In this document: piece by piece, positions 16,420 through 24,053 of the stretch | Position numbering within the stretch: the first letter of the stretch is position 1 | Layout of the letters: each line of letters opens with the position of its first letter | Origin: a bacterium | GTDB taxonomy: Bacteria; Patescibacteriota; Minisyncoccia; Phycocordibacterales; Phycocordibacteraceae | Reading direction: 5' to 3' | Assembly (NCBI GenBank): GCA_021813965.1 | Contig: JAKAJB010000002.1 | Location: 1-32,376 of the forward strand | Length of the DNA: 32,376 nt | Notes under the pieces: generated by a model | Seen by the model: only the letters and a program-made list of their open reading frames with translations | Told to the model about the DNA's origin: nothing | Database searches by the model: none | Translations under genes and position numbers: made by a program

Positions 16420-18579
16420 TTATCCTGCGCTTTGTGGTGTTGAAAGGGGGACCGGAAGCATCACACCTCCTTGGAAGAGTTCCGGATGGGAAGCATACCA
16501 AGAGTTGATCCCATACTCCCAATACGGGAATTGAGGGTCTTGAGCAGGATTTGAAGGTGCCGGACCTCGCGGATTATTCTTGTCAGTCCAATACAGAAGC
16601 GAATGCGGCTGGATGATCCCTTGAGCGTCAGGAATACGCCAATTCCCTTGAAGCATAGGAGGGACGGTCGCCGGTATTGCATCGGGTTCTCCGAAATATG
16701 CCTTCGGATATTTCGAGAGCGCATATGCCATGGCGTCATGCCACATCGGCGCAGCTATGAATCCGGCGATAGACTTCACCATCGGCGAATTATCGTTATT
16801 TCCGGCCCATACGCCTATAGCGATGGAGGGGGTATAGCCGACGACCCACGCGTCACGCGTATCATCGGTGGTACCGGTCTTCACTGCAACGTCGTATCCG
16901 GGGAATGAAAGAGGCGAGTCGAGGGAATATTCCGGGACGCGGGCGGGAGCATCGGAAAGCATAGCGGAGATATCGCGTGCGATATTTGCCGGGAGTACTC
17001 GCGTCGGCTGGGATGCGTAGCTTTGCAGCACGTGCCCTTGCATATCATCGACCTCAAGCAGGCCGGTCGGCGTATTTTTCACCCCATCATCAGCGAAAGC
17101 GGCGTACGCGCCGGTAAGGTCGAGAAGGCGCACGTCACCGCCGCCGAGCACGATGGTGAGGCCGTACTGAGCCGCATCACCGAGCGAAGTGAGGCCGAAC
17201 GATTTCGCAAGATTTATCACATTCGTCACACCGACCAGATACACTACCTTAAGAGCGGGGATGTTGATCGACTGGGCGAGCGCGGTTTCGAATGTCATCG
17301 GTCCGCGGAAGGTGTTGTCATAATCGGTCGGTGCATAGCATGGGGCGGTATTGTTGTTTATATCTTCCGGCTTGCAGGCGGTCGAAAACTGCGTCGGGGT
17401 ATCGAAGACGACGGTGTCCCGGGTGTACCCGTCTTCGAGAGCGAGAGAATACGCGAACGGCTTCATGGTCGATCCCGGCTGGCGCAAAGCTAGAGCGGCG
17501 TTATATTGCCCGTCGATACTCGTGTCGAAGAAATCACGCGAACCGACCATAGCGAGAATCTGTCCGGTCGAAGGATCGATCGCAGTAAGAGCGTCGTTGG
17601 AGGCGTTGAAATCTTTTGCATTCTTAAGCGCGTAGCTATTCAATATTGATTCCGCCTTCACTTGCAAATCCGCATCGAGCGTCGTGGTGACTTTCAATCC
17701 GGAAGTGAGAGCCTTCGGTCCATACGTCGCCTCAAGCTGGTTCAGGATGTAGAAGACGAAGTGCGGGGCGATGATGGCATTGCGACCCCCTGCAGGAGCG
17801 AAGGATACTTTTTCAGCTTTCGCGCTCGCATACACAGCATCGCTGATGAAGCCGAGCGTGTGCATCCGATCAAGGACGAGGTCTTTCCTGGTATCCAACT
17901 CCGCGCGGTGCGTGCCGTAGGGAGAATAATAGGATGGGGCCTGGATCATTGCGGCGAGGTAGGCCGATTGTGCGACTGAGAGGTCTTTTGCAGGGATGCC
18001 GAAATAAGACTCAGAAGCGGCCTCGATGCCGTAGAGCGTGCCGCCGTACGGGATGTTATTGAGGTACGCCTCGAGAATCTGGTCTTTCGAGTAAACCTGC
18101 TCGAGCTTGATAGCCAGCATCCATTCATGGATCTTCCGGACGATACTTTTTTCGTTCGTGAGAAGCGTGTTCTTCACGACTTGCTGGGTGATGGTAGAAC
18201 CGCCTTGCGCGAGCGCGCCGCCGAGTGCGTCCACGATCATCGCGCGGATGATCGACGTGAAGCGCACCCCGCCGTGTTCGTAGAAACTCGAATCCTCTAT
18301 CGCGATAGCCGCTTGTATAGCGTTGGGGGATATGGCAGAGAGGGGAACGATGTCGCGTTTCGCGTCGCGATTATAATCATAAAGGAGGACCTGTCCGGTG
18401 CGGTCGTAGATTTTCGTCGATTGGTCGACTTGGCGAGAGGCGAATGAGCTGATATCCGGTATCGGCGCGAGCGTGACGGCTATGAGGATCCCTCCGACGG
18501 CGATGAAAGCGATGCCGGCGAGAACGAGGATAGCCGCAATAATCGTGTGTCGCCACGATATGGGGTGACGGGGGATCAT
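16420..18579 (-). CDS. Class A penicillin-binding protein (PBP1A family)
   Basis: Transglycosylase motifs AIEDSSFYEH, GGSTITQQVVKN and RKIHE; transpeptidase motifs STMK, SIN and KTGT. Confidence 0.95.
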   Translation of the reverse strand: MIPRHPISWRHTIIAAILVLAGIAFIAVGGILIAVTLAPIPDISSFASRQVDQSTKIYDRTGQVLLYDYNRDAKRDIVPLSAISPNAIQAAIAIEDSSFYEHGGVRFTSIIRAMIVDALGGALAQGGSTITQQVVKNTLLTNEKSIVRKIHEWMLAIKLEQVYSKDQILEAYLNNIPYGGTLYGIEAASESYFGIPAKDLSVAQSAYLAAMIQAPSYYSPYGTHRAELDTRKDLVLDRMHTLGFISDAVYASAKAEKVSFAPAGGRNAIIAPHFVFYILNQLEATYGPKALTSGLKVTTTLDADLQVKAESILNSYALKNAKDFNASNDALTAIDPSTGQILAMVGSRDFFDTSIDGQYNAALALRQPGSTMKPFAYSLALEDGYTRDTVVFDTPTQFSTACKPEDINNNTAPCYAPTDYDNTFRGPMTFETALAQSINIPALKVVYLVGVTNVINLAKSFGLTSLGDAAQYGLTIVLGGGDVRLLDLTGAYAAFADDGVKNTPTGLLEVDDMQGHVLQSYASQPTRVLPANIARDISAMLSDAPARVPEYSLDSPLSFPGYDVAVKTGTTDDTRDAWVVGYTPSIAIGVWAGNNDNSPMVKSIAGFIAAPMWHDAMAYALSKYPKAYFGEPDAIPATVPPMLQGNWRIPDAQGIIQPHSLLYWTDKNNPRGPAPSNPAQDPQFPYWEYGINSWYASHPELFQGGVMLPVPLSTPQSAG

Positions 18580-18595
18580 GGTGCGTATGCTAACA

Positions 18596-18627
18596 TGCGC
18601 GACCCCGCCCTAGGGCGGGGTCGCGCA
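18596..18627. repeat. 32-bp perfect palindrome (REP-like and/or terminator)
   Basis: TGCGCGACCCCGCCCT|AGGGCGGGGTCGCGCA; no U-tract. Confidence 0.8.
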
Positions 18628-18645
18628 CGGTACGACGATCTGCGT

Positions 18646-18798
18646 TCAGTAGTCCGTTTCGGCTTCTGCGCCGTCCTCATGGAATCCCATAGCGAACGGG
18701 TCTTCCTCTTCATCCTCCTCGTCATCACCTCCCATCAAGAGAGTATCCTCGTCATCAAGCTTTCCTACAAGCTCCTCATCAAGTTCATCATCATTCAT
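18646..18798 (-). CDS. 50-aa highly acidic small protein (not in the ORF track)
   Basis: MNDDELDEELVGKLDDEDTLLMGGDDEEDEEEDPFAMGFHEDGAEAETDY; 24/50 residues are D/E; fills the ruvC-PBP gap. Confidence 0.7.
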   Translation of the reverse strand: MNDDELDEELVGKLDDEDTLLMGGDDEEDEEEDPFAMGFHEDGAEAETDY

Positions 18799-18908
18799 AC
18801 GGATGCGTTGCTACGGTTATATATGTATACGGATTAACCCCGACCGGGGACCGCTCTATTTGAGCAAAATTTGGCGGCAATGCAAGCGTTTTTAGGCCGC
18901 GTTGTGGA

Positions 18909-19385
18909 TTAATGCCGCCGCGTGCCGTTGGCGAGAGCGGTTATGCCGATAGCGATCGCGTCGAGTTCATCGTCGAGTCGTTTCTTTTCAGGTAGGGAGA
19001 GCAGCCGAGGGATCATCTGAGCGACCGCTTTTTTATCGGCACCGCCGTACCCGGTGACCGCGAGCTTCACTTGCTGAGGCGAACACTCGATGACCGGCAA
19101 TGAAGCGATGCCGGCGGCGGCGAGCACCGCCCCGCGCGCCTCCGCGACGCCGAGCGCCGTCTTCTTGTTGATGCTGAAAAAGAGCGTCTCGATGCCGAGC
19201 GCATCCGGCGCGTACTTCGCGACGGCGTCGCGGACGGCGAGCGATACGCAGGCGAGACGCTCCTCCACCGTGCCTTTCTCCGGTTGGACGCAGTCGCTCC
19301 AGAGCAGCGCCGGACGGGAAGGATCGCCCTCGACGACGGCGATGCCGAGCCGGTCGTAGCCCGGGTCAATCGCCAGAATCCTCAT
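18909..19385 (-). CDS. ruvC: Holliday junction resolvase RuvC
   Basis: ILAIDPG, GIETLFF, AEARG, VTGYGGADK and DDELDAIAI motifs. Confidence 0.95.
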   Translation of the reverse strand: MRILAIDPGYDRLGIAVVEGDPSRPALLWSDCVQPEKGTVEERLACVSLAVRDAVAKYAPDALGIETLFFSINKKTALGVAEARGAVLAAAGIASLPVIECSPQQVKLAVTGYGGADKKAVAQMIPRLLSLPEKKRLDDELDAIAIGITALANGTRRH

Positions 19386-19393
19386 ATGTCTAA

Positions 19394-19476
19394 AGCGAAA
19401 TGGTGATGCAAAAAATGAGGGTCAGACTCGGCCTAGCGGCCCGGAGCGCACTCATTTTTTGCATCACCATTTCGCT
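19394..19476. repeat. 26-bp perfect inverted repeat with 31-nt loop (miniature hairpin element A)
   Basis: AGCGAAATGGTGATGCAAAAAATGAG (19394-19419) and its exact reverse complement (19451-19476). Confidence 0.9.
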
Positions 19477-20035
19477 ACTCATCATCGTCAGTGCTCTCGT
19501 AGCCGCGCGCGTTCGTGAACACTTGCTGCACGTCCTCGTGCTCGTCGAGCGCCTCAAGGATAGCGGAGAGCTTCTCCTCATCCTCGCCGGAGACGTCGGT
19601 CAGCGGCTCATTCGGGATATAGGCCGCACCAGTCTTGGTGAAAGCCCAGCTCGCTGCGCCCGGCGCGGCGACTTCGACGCCCTGCTTCGAGAGGAGGTGT
19701 TTTATCTCGGGGGTCGTGCGGTTCTTATTGTCGGTGAGTGCGTCGATGATGATGGCGACGCCGGCGGGGCCATAAGCCTCATACACGACCTGCTCGAGGT
19801 TGCCGGAGTCTTTCGAAGCGCCTTTCGCGATGGCGCGCTCGATATTGTCTTTCGGCATGTTGGCGGCTTTCGCGCGCGCGATGGCGGCCGTGAGGCCCGG
19901 AGCGGTGACGATACCGTTCGCTTTCTTCGATTCCATGGCGATGAGCCGCGCGAAGCGCGAGAAGACGCGGCTGCGCGCGGCGTCGGTCACGCCCTTCTGG
20001 CGTTTGATCTGCGACCATTTGCTGTGTCCTGACAT
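19475..20035 (-). CDS. yebC: YebC/PmpR family protein (short, 186-aa form)
   Basis: MSGHSKWSQIKRQKG, NMPKDNIERAI, YEAYGP, LTDNKNRT and DVQQVFTN motifs. Confidence 0.95.
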   Translation of the reverse strand: MSGHSKWSQIKRQKGVTDAARSRVFSRFARLIAMESKKANGIVTAPGLTAAIARAKAANMPKDNIERAIAKGASKDSGNLEQVVYEAYGPAGVAIIIDALTDNKNRTTPEIKHLLSKQGVEVAAPGAASWAFTKTGAAYIPNEPLTDVSGEDEEKLSAILEALDEHEDVQQVFTNARGYESTDDDE

Positions 20036-20065
20036 ATGTCATTATGATAACAGTGTCGCTTGCGT

Positions 20066-20140
20066 GCCGCAAAAGCGATAGCGCTCCGGTTCGAGCGGCC
20101 AAGTCTTGCTACCGCTTTTCCGGCGCCGCTTCGCTCCGGA
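20066..20140. repeat. Miniature hairpin element B
   Basis: Imperfect stem GCCGCAAAAGCGATAGC/GCTACCGCTTTTCCGGC. The loop motif is shared with element A. Confidence 0.65.
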
Positions 20141-20159
20141 GAAGTACGCTCGTAAAACA

Positions 20160-21140
20160 TCAGCTCTGGAGATAGGCGCGGCCCTTGTCGGTGAGGATGC
20201 GGCCGCGGAGCGAGCGCTCGATGAGGCCGAGGCGCAGGAGGTACGGCTCATAGACGTTCTCGATGGTGTCGGGGTCCTCGTGAAGCGCCGAGGCGAGCGC
20301 GCGGACGCCTGCCGGGCCGCCGTGGAAGCTCGTCAGGAGCATCTCGAGATACCGCCGGTCATCCTTGGTGAGGCCGAGCTCGTCGATGCCGAAGAGCTTG
20401 CAGGCCTCCTCAGTGAGAGCCGCAGAGAGCGGGCGCTCATGCACCTCGGAGAAATCCCGGACGCGTTTCAGGAGCGCATTCGCGACGCGCGGTGTCGCGC
20501 GGCTCCGTGCCGCGATGCTCTCGATGACGTCGGCAGGCGCGTCCAGACCGAGCAGCTCGGCGGAGCGGCGGATGATATCGCGCAGATCGTCATCGCCGTA
20601 GAAATCGAGCTGGTAGGTGCCGCCGCCGAAGCGTGAACGAAGCGGTCCCGAGAGGCTTGCGATGCGCGTGGTCGCGCCCACGAGCGTGAAAGGCGGGAGA
20701 GCGAGCTCGACGGTGCGGGCCGACGGGCCCTTGCCGAGGATGATATCGAGGTGGCCCGATTCGAGCGCAGGGTAGAGGAGCTCCTCGATCTTGTGCGAGA
20801 GGCGGTGGATTTCGTCGATGAAGAGGACGGTGTTCGGTTCGAGATTGGTGAGGATAGCCGCGAGGTCGCCGGCGCGCTCGATCGCGACGCCGGACGTGCT
20901 CTTGAGCGGCGACTCAAGCGTCGCTGCGACGAGGTAGGCGAGCGTGGTCTTGCCGACGCCCGGCGGGCCGTAGAAGAGGATGTGCTCCGGCATGCCGCCG
21001 CGTTTCTTCGCGGCGTCGATGGCGATACGGACGTTCGCTTTTATCTGTTTCTGCCCGACATAGTCGTCCCACTTGCTCGGGCGGAGTGCCGCGTCGAGGA
21101 CTGGAAGGAGGGAAGCGGGATCATCAGCGGGTCTTGACAT
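20160..21140 (-). CDS. ruvB: Holliday junction branch migration helicase RuvB
   Basis: LRP…YVGQ, GPPGVGKTT, FIDEIHR, GATTR, PLRSRFG and YEPYL motifs. Confidence 0.97.
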   Translation of the reverse strand: MSRPADDPASLLPVLDAALRPSKWDDYVGQKQIKANVRIAIDAAKKRGGMPEHILFYGPPGVGKTTLAYLVAATLESPLKSTSGVAIERAGDLAAILTNLEPNTVLFIDEIHRLSHKIEELLYPALESGHLDIILGKGPSARTVELALPPFTLVGATTRIASLSGPLRSRFGGGTYQLDFYGDDDLRDIIRRSAELLGLDAPADVIESIAARSRATPRVANALLKRVRDFSEVHERPLSAALTEEACKLFGIDELGLTKDDRRYLEMLLTSFHGGPAGVRALASALHEDPDTIENVYEPYLLRLGLIERSLRGRILTDKGRAYLQS

Positions 21141-21162
21141 AAAAATGGGTCGATGCTATATA
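21134..21162 (+). promoter_or_regulatory. Sigma70-like promoter divergent from ruvB
   Basis: TTGACA-17 nt-TATATA with an extended -10 TG. No protein gene follows on +. Confidence 0.55.
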
Positions 21163-21169
21163 TGGTAGC

Positions 21170-21381
21170 ACAGTTTCTTGATCCTGTTCATACTCCTCTA
21201 GGCAAGGCTTGACGGCTTCGGGCGTTTCCCCAAGGACTTTCTGGTCCGACACTCCGGTGTTGGTGCTGGGAAAATCCTCAGGTGTCTCGTCCACCCGGCA
21301 TTTATGCCGGTTTTGCCTTGAGGATTATGGACGGGAAGAGAGCGCAAAAAAGACACGAGGTTACTCGTGTCTTTTTTGCGC
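21170..21381 (+). ncRNA. Candidate ~170-210 nt structured non-coding RNA
   Basis: About 26-position closing stem 21183-21208/21310-21335 with G-U pairs, branched interior, upstream promoter and downstream terminator. Confidence 0.6.
21342..21381. terminator. Bidirectional intrinsic terminator
   Basis: GCGCAAAAAAGACACGAG-GTTA-CTCGTGTCTTTTTTGCGC. Confidence 0.88.
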
Positions 21382-21429
21382 CGAACGACCGTTCATATGC
21401 CTACCTGTCGACTGGATTTTATTTTCATA

Positions 21430-23103
21430 CTAATTTCGGGGGAGATCGACGGTGGCGGCGACTTCAGAGAGGGAGGTGACGCCGTTCAGGGCTTTGAGGA
21501 GGCCGTCCTGCGCCATCGTGAGGTAGCCCTGCTTGGTCGCGAGCTTCGCGATCTCGCGTTCAGGCGGATTGTCGCGGAGGAACGAAGCCATCTCGTCATC
21601 CATGAAAATGGCTTCGTAGAGGCCGATGCGGCCTCTGTAGCCGGTCTCATCCTCGTTCGCGGGTGCCGGCTCCCACACAGTCTCGATCTTCTCAGGCAGC
21701 AAAGATTTATCCGCGAGCGGTTCGAACGCTTTCGCGATCATGGCTTTCTCGGCGTCCGTGAGCGGGCGCTCTTTCTTCTTGTCCGGATCAAGCTTGCGTA
21801 GGAGGCGTTGCGCCATCGAGACGGTGATGGCCGAGCCGAAGGATTTCGGGTCGGCACCGAGGTCGGCGAGGCGAGGGAAGGTGCCGGCAGCATCATTGGT
21901 GTGAAGCGTGGAGAAGACGAAGTGGCCGGTTAAGGCCGCCTGGATGGCGATGTCGGCGGTCTCGCCGTCGCGAATCTCGCCGACCATGATGATGTCCGGG
22001 TCTTGGCGCACGATCGAGCGGAGCCCTTCGGCGAAGGTGTATTTATCGCCTTCGACCTGCGTCTGTACGATGCCGTCGAGGTGATACTCGATCGGGTCTT
22101 CGATCGTGATGATCTTTATCTCCGGCGTATGCAGTTCGCGCAGGAACGAGTAGAGCGTCGTCGTCTTGCCGGAACCGGTCGGGCCGGTCGTGAGCAGCAT
22201 GCCGTTGCTCCGCCGGATCTCGGTTTCGAGCCGCGCGAGGAGTTTCGGGTGGATGCCGAGCTCTTTGTAGGAGACCATGGTCGCTTCAGGGTCGAGGATA
22301 CGCATCACGATGGATTCGCCGTAGTTACCCGGGATGAATGAGACGCGCATCTCGATGGCGCCGGCGGGGCGCGTGATGCTGAATCGCCCGTCCTGAGCGC
22401 GATCGGTGATGTTGAGCTTCACGCCGGAGAGGAGCTTTATGCGGGCATTGAGCTGATGGTAGGTCGCCGGGTCGAAATGATAGATATCGGTGAGGAGGCC
22501 GTCGACGCGGAACCGAAGGAGTGCGGCGTCCTCGCGCGGCTCGAAGTGGATGTCAGACGCGCGAAGCGCGAAGGCGCCGGCGAGAAGTATCTCGAAGATG
22601 CGCGTCACGCGGCTCAGCGCCTTCTCAGCGACGGCTTCGTCGAGCGCGTTCACGACGGCGCTTTTCTTCGTGTCGGTGGCGGCAAGTTTCGCAAACGTCT
22701 CGTCGATGACCGAAACGGTGCCTGCCTTGGATTCGGTCGCGAGCGAGAGCTCGCTGTAGCGGCCGAGCCCGCGCTCGAGGCTCTTCCCCGAGATGAGGAA
22801 TTGTTTTACCTCGAATCCTCGTCCCCGGATATCCTCAAGGACGTTCGCGAGTGCGGGGTTGTTGGGGTTGTGCACCGCAACGGAGAGCACGTTCGAGATT
22901 TTGGCGAAGGCGATCGCCTCTGCCTCGCGCGCTTGCGCCTCGGGGATGAGACGGAGGGCGTCGCTGTCTATCTGGATGAGCGAAAGGTCGGCATACGGTA
23001 TGCCGTACTTCTCGGAAAGGATGCTGGCGACATCTTCCTCCTCGCGTTCGCGCACCTCGGCGAGCTTCGCATCGGTGCCCTCTGTGTCAAATGGCAGATC
23101 CAT
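21430..23103 (-). CDS. pilB: Type IV pilus assembly ATPase PilB/GspE family, 557 aa
   Basis: ASDIHFEP, FRVDG, QDGRF, GPTGSGKTT, TIEDPIEY, RQDPDIIMVGEIRD and TGH…STLH motifs. Start at 23103 lies 7 nt after TATCAT. Confidence 0.93.
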   Translation of the reverse strand: MDLPFDTEGTDAKLAEVREREEEDVASILSEKYGIPYADLSLIQIDSDALRLIPEAQAREAEAIAFAKISNVLSVAVHNPNNPALANVLEDIRGRGFEVKQFLISGKSLERGLGRYSELSLATESKAGTVSVIDETFAKLAATDTKKSAVVNALDEAVAEKALSRVTRIFEILLAGAFALRASDIHFEPREDAALLRFRVDGLLTDIYHFDPATYHQLNARIKLLSGVKLNITDRAQDGRFSITRPAGAIEMRVSFIPGNYGESIVMRILDPEATMVSYKELGIHPKLLARLETEIRRSNGMLLTTGPTGSGKTTTLYSFLRELHTPEIKIITIEDPIEYHLDGIVQTQVEGDKYTFAEGLRSIVRQDPDIIMVGEIRDGETADIAIQAALTGHFVFSTLHTNDAAGTFPRLADLGADPKSFGSAITVSMAQRLLRKLDPDKKKERPLTDAEKAMIAKAFEPLADKSLLPEKIETVWEPAPANEDETGYRGRIGLYEAIFMDDEMASFLRDNPPEREIAKLATKQGYLTMAQDGLLKALNGVTSLSEVAATVDLPRN

Positions 23104-23146
23104 ACGCTGCATGATACCACTCGCGCTGCGGGCCGGGGGAGAGGGC

Positions 23147-23176
23147 TTGACAAATAGGCATAAATGGTGGTATCCT
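23147..23176 (+). promoter_or_regulatory. Sigma70-like promoter
   Basis: TTGACA-18 nt-TATCCT with an extended TG. Confidence 0.6.
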
Positions 23177-23205
23177 GCATGCAGTTCAACTTCGGGAGAT
23201 TCAAT

Positions 23206-23538
23206 ATGAAACTCATAATCGTTCTTTTCGCCGCCATGATATCGGTGCCGGCTTTGGCGGATTGCATCACCTACGGCGGCAGACTGTTCTGTGCCCCGCC
23301 GCCGGTCGTTGTGTACACGCCGCCGATTGCAGTCTACACACCACCGCCGGTGTACGTGCCGCCACCGTACTACTATCAGCCGCCGGTCTACACACCACCG
23401 CCGGCGTATTACGGATACAGCGTCCGAGTCGATCCGGTCGACGTCGGGATAGCCGTCCTGGCCGGGGCGATTGCTAACCGCATCGTTTGGGGCGGTCATC
23501 ACGACCACGACGACTACCACGCCTATCACCGCCGTTAG
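23206..23538 (+). CDS. Secreted Pro/Tyr-rich repeat protein with His-rich tail, 110 aa
   Basis: SD GGGAG, signal peptide ending ALA-D, VYTPP(P) repeats, own promoter and terminator. Confidence 0.8.
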   Translation: MKLIIVLFAAMISVPALADCITYGGRLFCAPPPVVVYTPPIAVYTPPPVYVPPPYYYQPPVYTPPPAYYGYSVRVDPVDVGIAVLAGAIANRIVWGGHHDHDDYHAYHRR

Positions 23539-23556
23539 TCGGCACCGAGCGCCACA

Positions 23557-23595
23557 CGCGCCTGTCTCCCTTGGAGACAGGCGCGCTTTCATTTT
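23557..23595 (+). terminator. Intrinsic terminator
   Basis: CGCGCCTGTCTCC-CTT-GGAGACAGGCGCG followed by CTTTCATTTT. Confidence 0.8.
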
Positions 23596-23615
23596 CGGCG
23601 GTACAATTACCCGTA

Positions 23616-24053
23616 ATGGAAAAGATCATCATGACGCTCGCAGAGCTTGAAGCGGAGGCGATGCGCTTCGCGGGTACGCTCGCGCCGAGTCCGCGAGGCG
23701 CGACCTTGGTGACGCTTTCGGGCGAGCTTGGAGCAGGGAAGACGGCTTTCACCAAGGCGGTCGCGAGCGCGCTCGGCGTCGGGGAGACGGTCACGAGCCC
23801 CACGTTCGTATTGGAGAAGATTTACGCGCTGCCGCCCGGAAAGCATTTTGACCGGCTCATACATATCGACGCCTACCGGCTTGAGTCGGGAGCTGATCTC
23901 GCACCGCTCGGTTTCGACGAGCTCATGAGAAGCGAAACGAACCTCATCCTGCTCGAATGGCCTGAGAAAGTACGCGATGCGCTGCCGGAACCTTCCGTGC
24001 ATATTTCGATCATCGCGGAGCCTGACGGCTCACGCACCGTTTCCTATGGCTAA
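23616..24053 (+). CDS. tsaE: tRNA t6A biosynthesis ATPase TsaE
   Basis: GELGAGKT, VTSPTF, HIDAYRL and LEWPE motifs. Confidence 0.95.
   Translation: MEKIIMTLAELEAEAMRFAGTLAPSPRGATLVTLSGELGAGKTAFTKAVASALGVGETVTSPTFVLEKIYALPPGKHFDRLIHIDAYRLESGADLAPLGFDELMRSETNLILLEWPEKVRDALPEPSVHISIIAEPDGSRTVSYG

Noticed and set aside
18547-18837. 96-aa plus-strand ORF
   Set aside because: It is antisense to the acidic 50-aa ORF and runs through the palindrome and the PBP start. Its hydrophobicity mirrors the GAN codons of the opposite strand.
19475-20035. Short YebC, PolA without a 3'-5' exonuclease domain, MurE with EDPY instead of DNPR, and tRNAs without encoded CCA
   Set aside because: Real, but as far as I recall these are ordinary streamlined forms in Patescibacteria, so they are not treated as novel.
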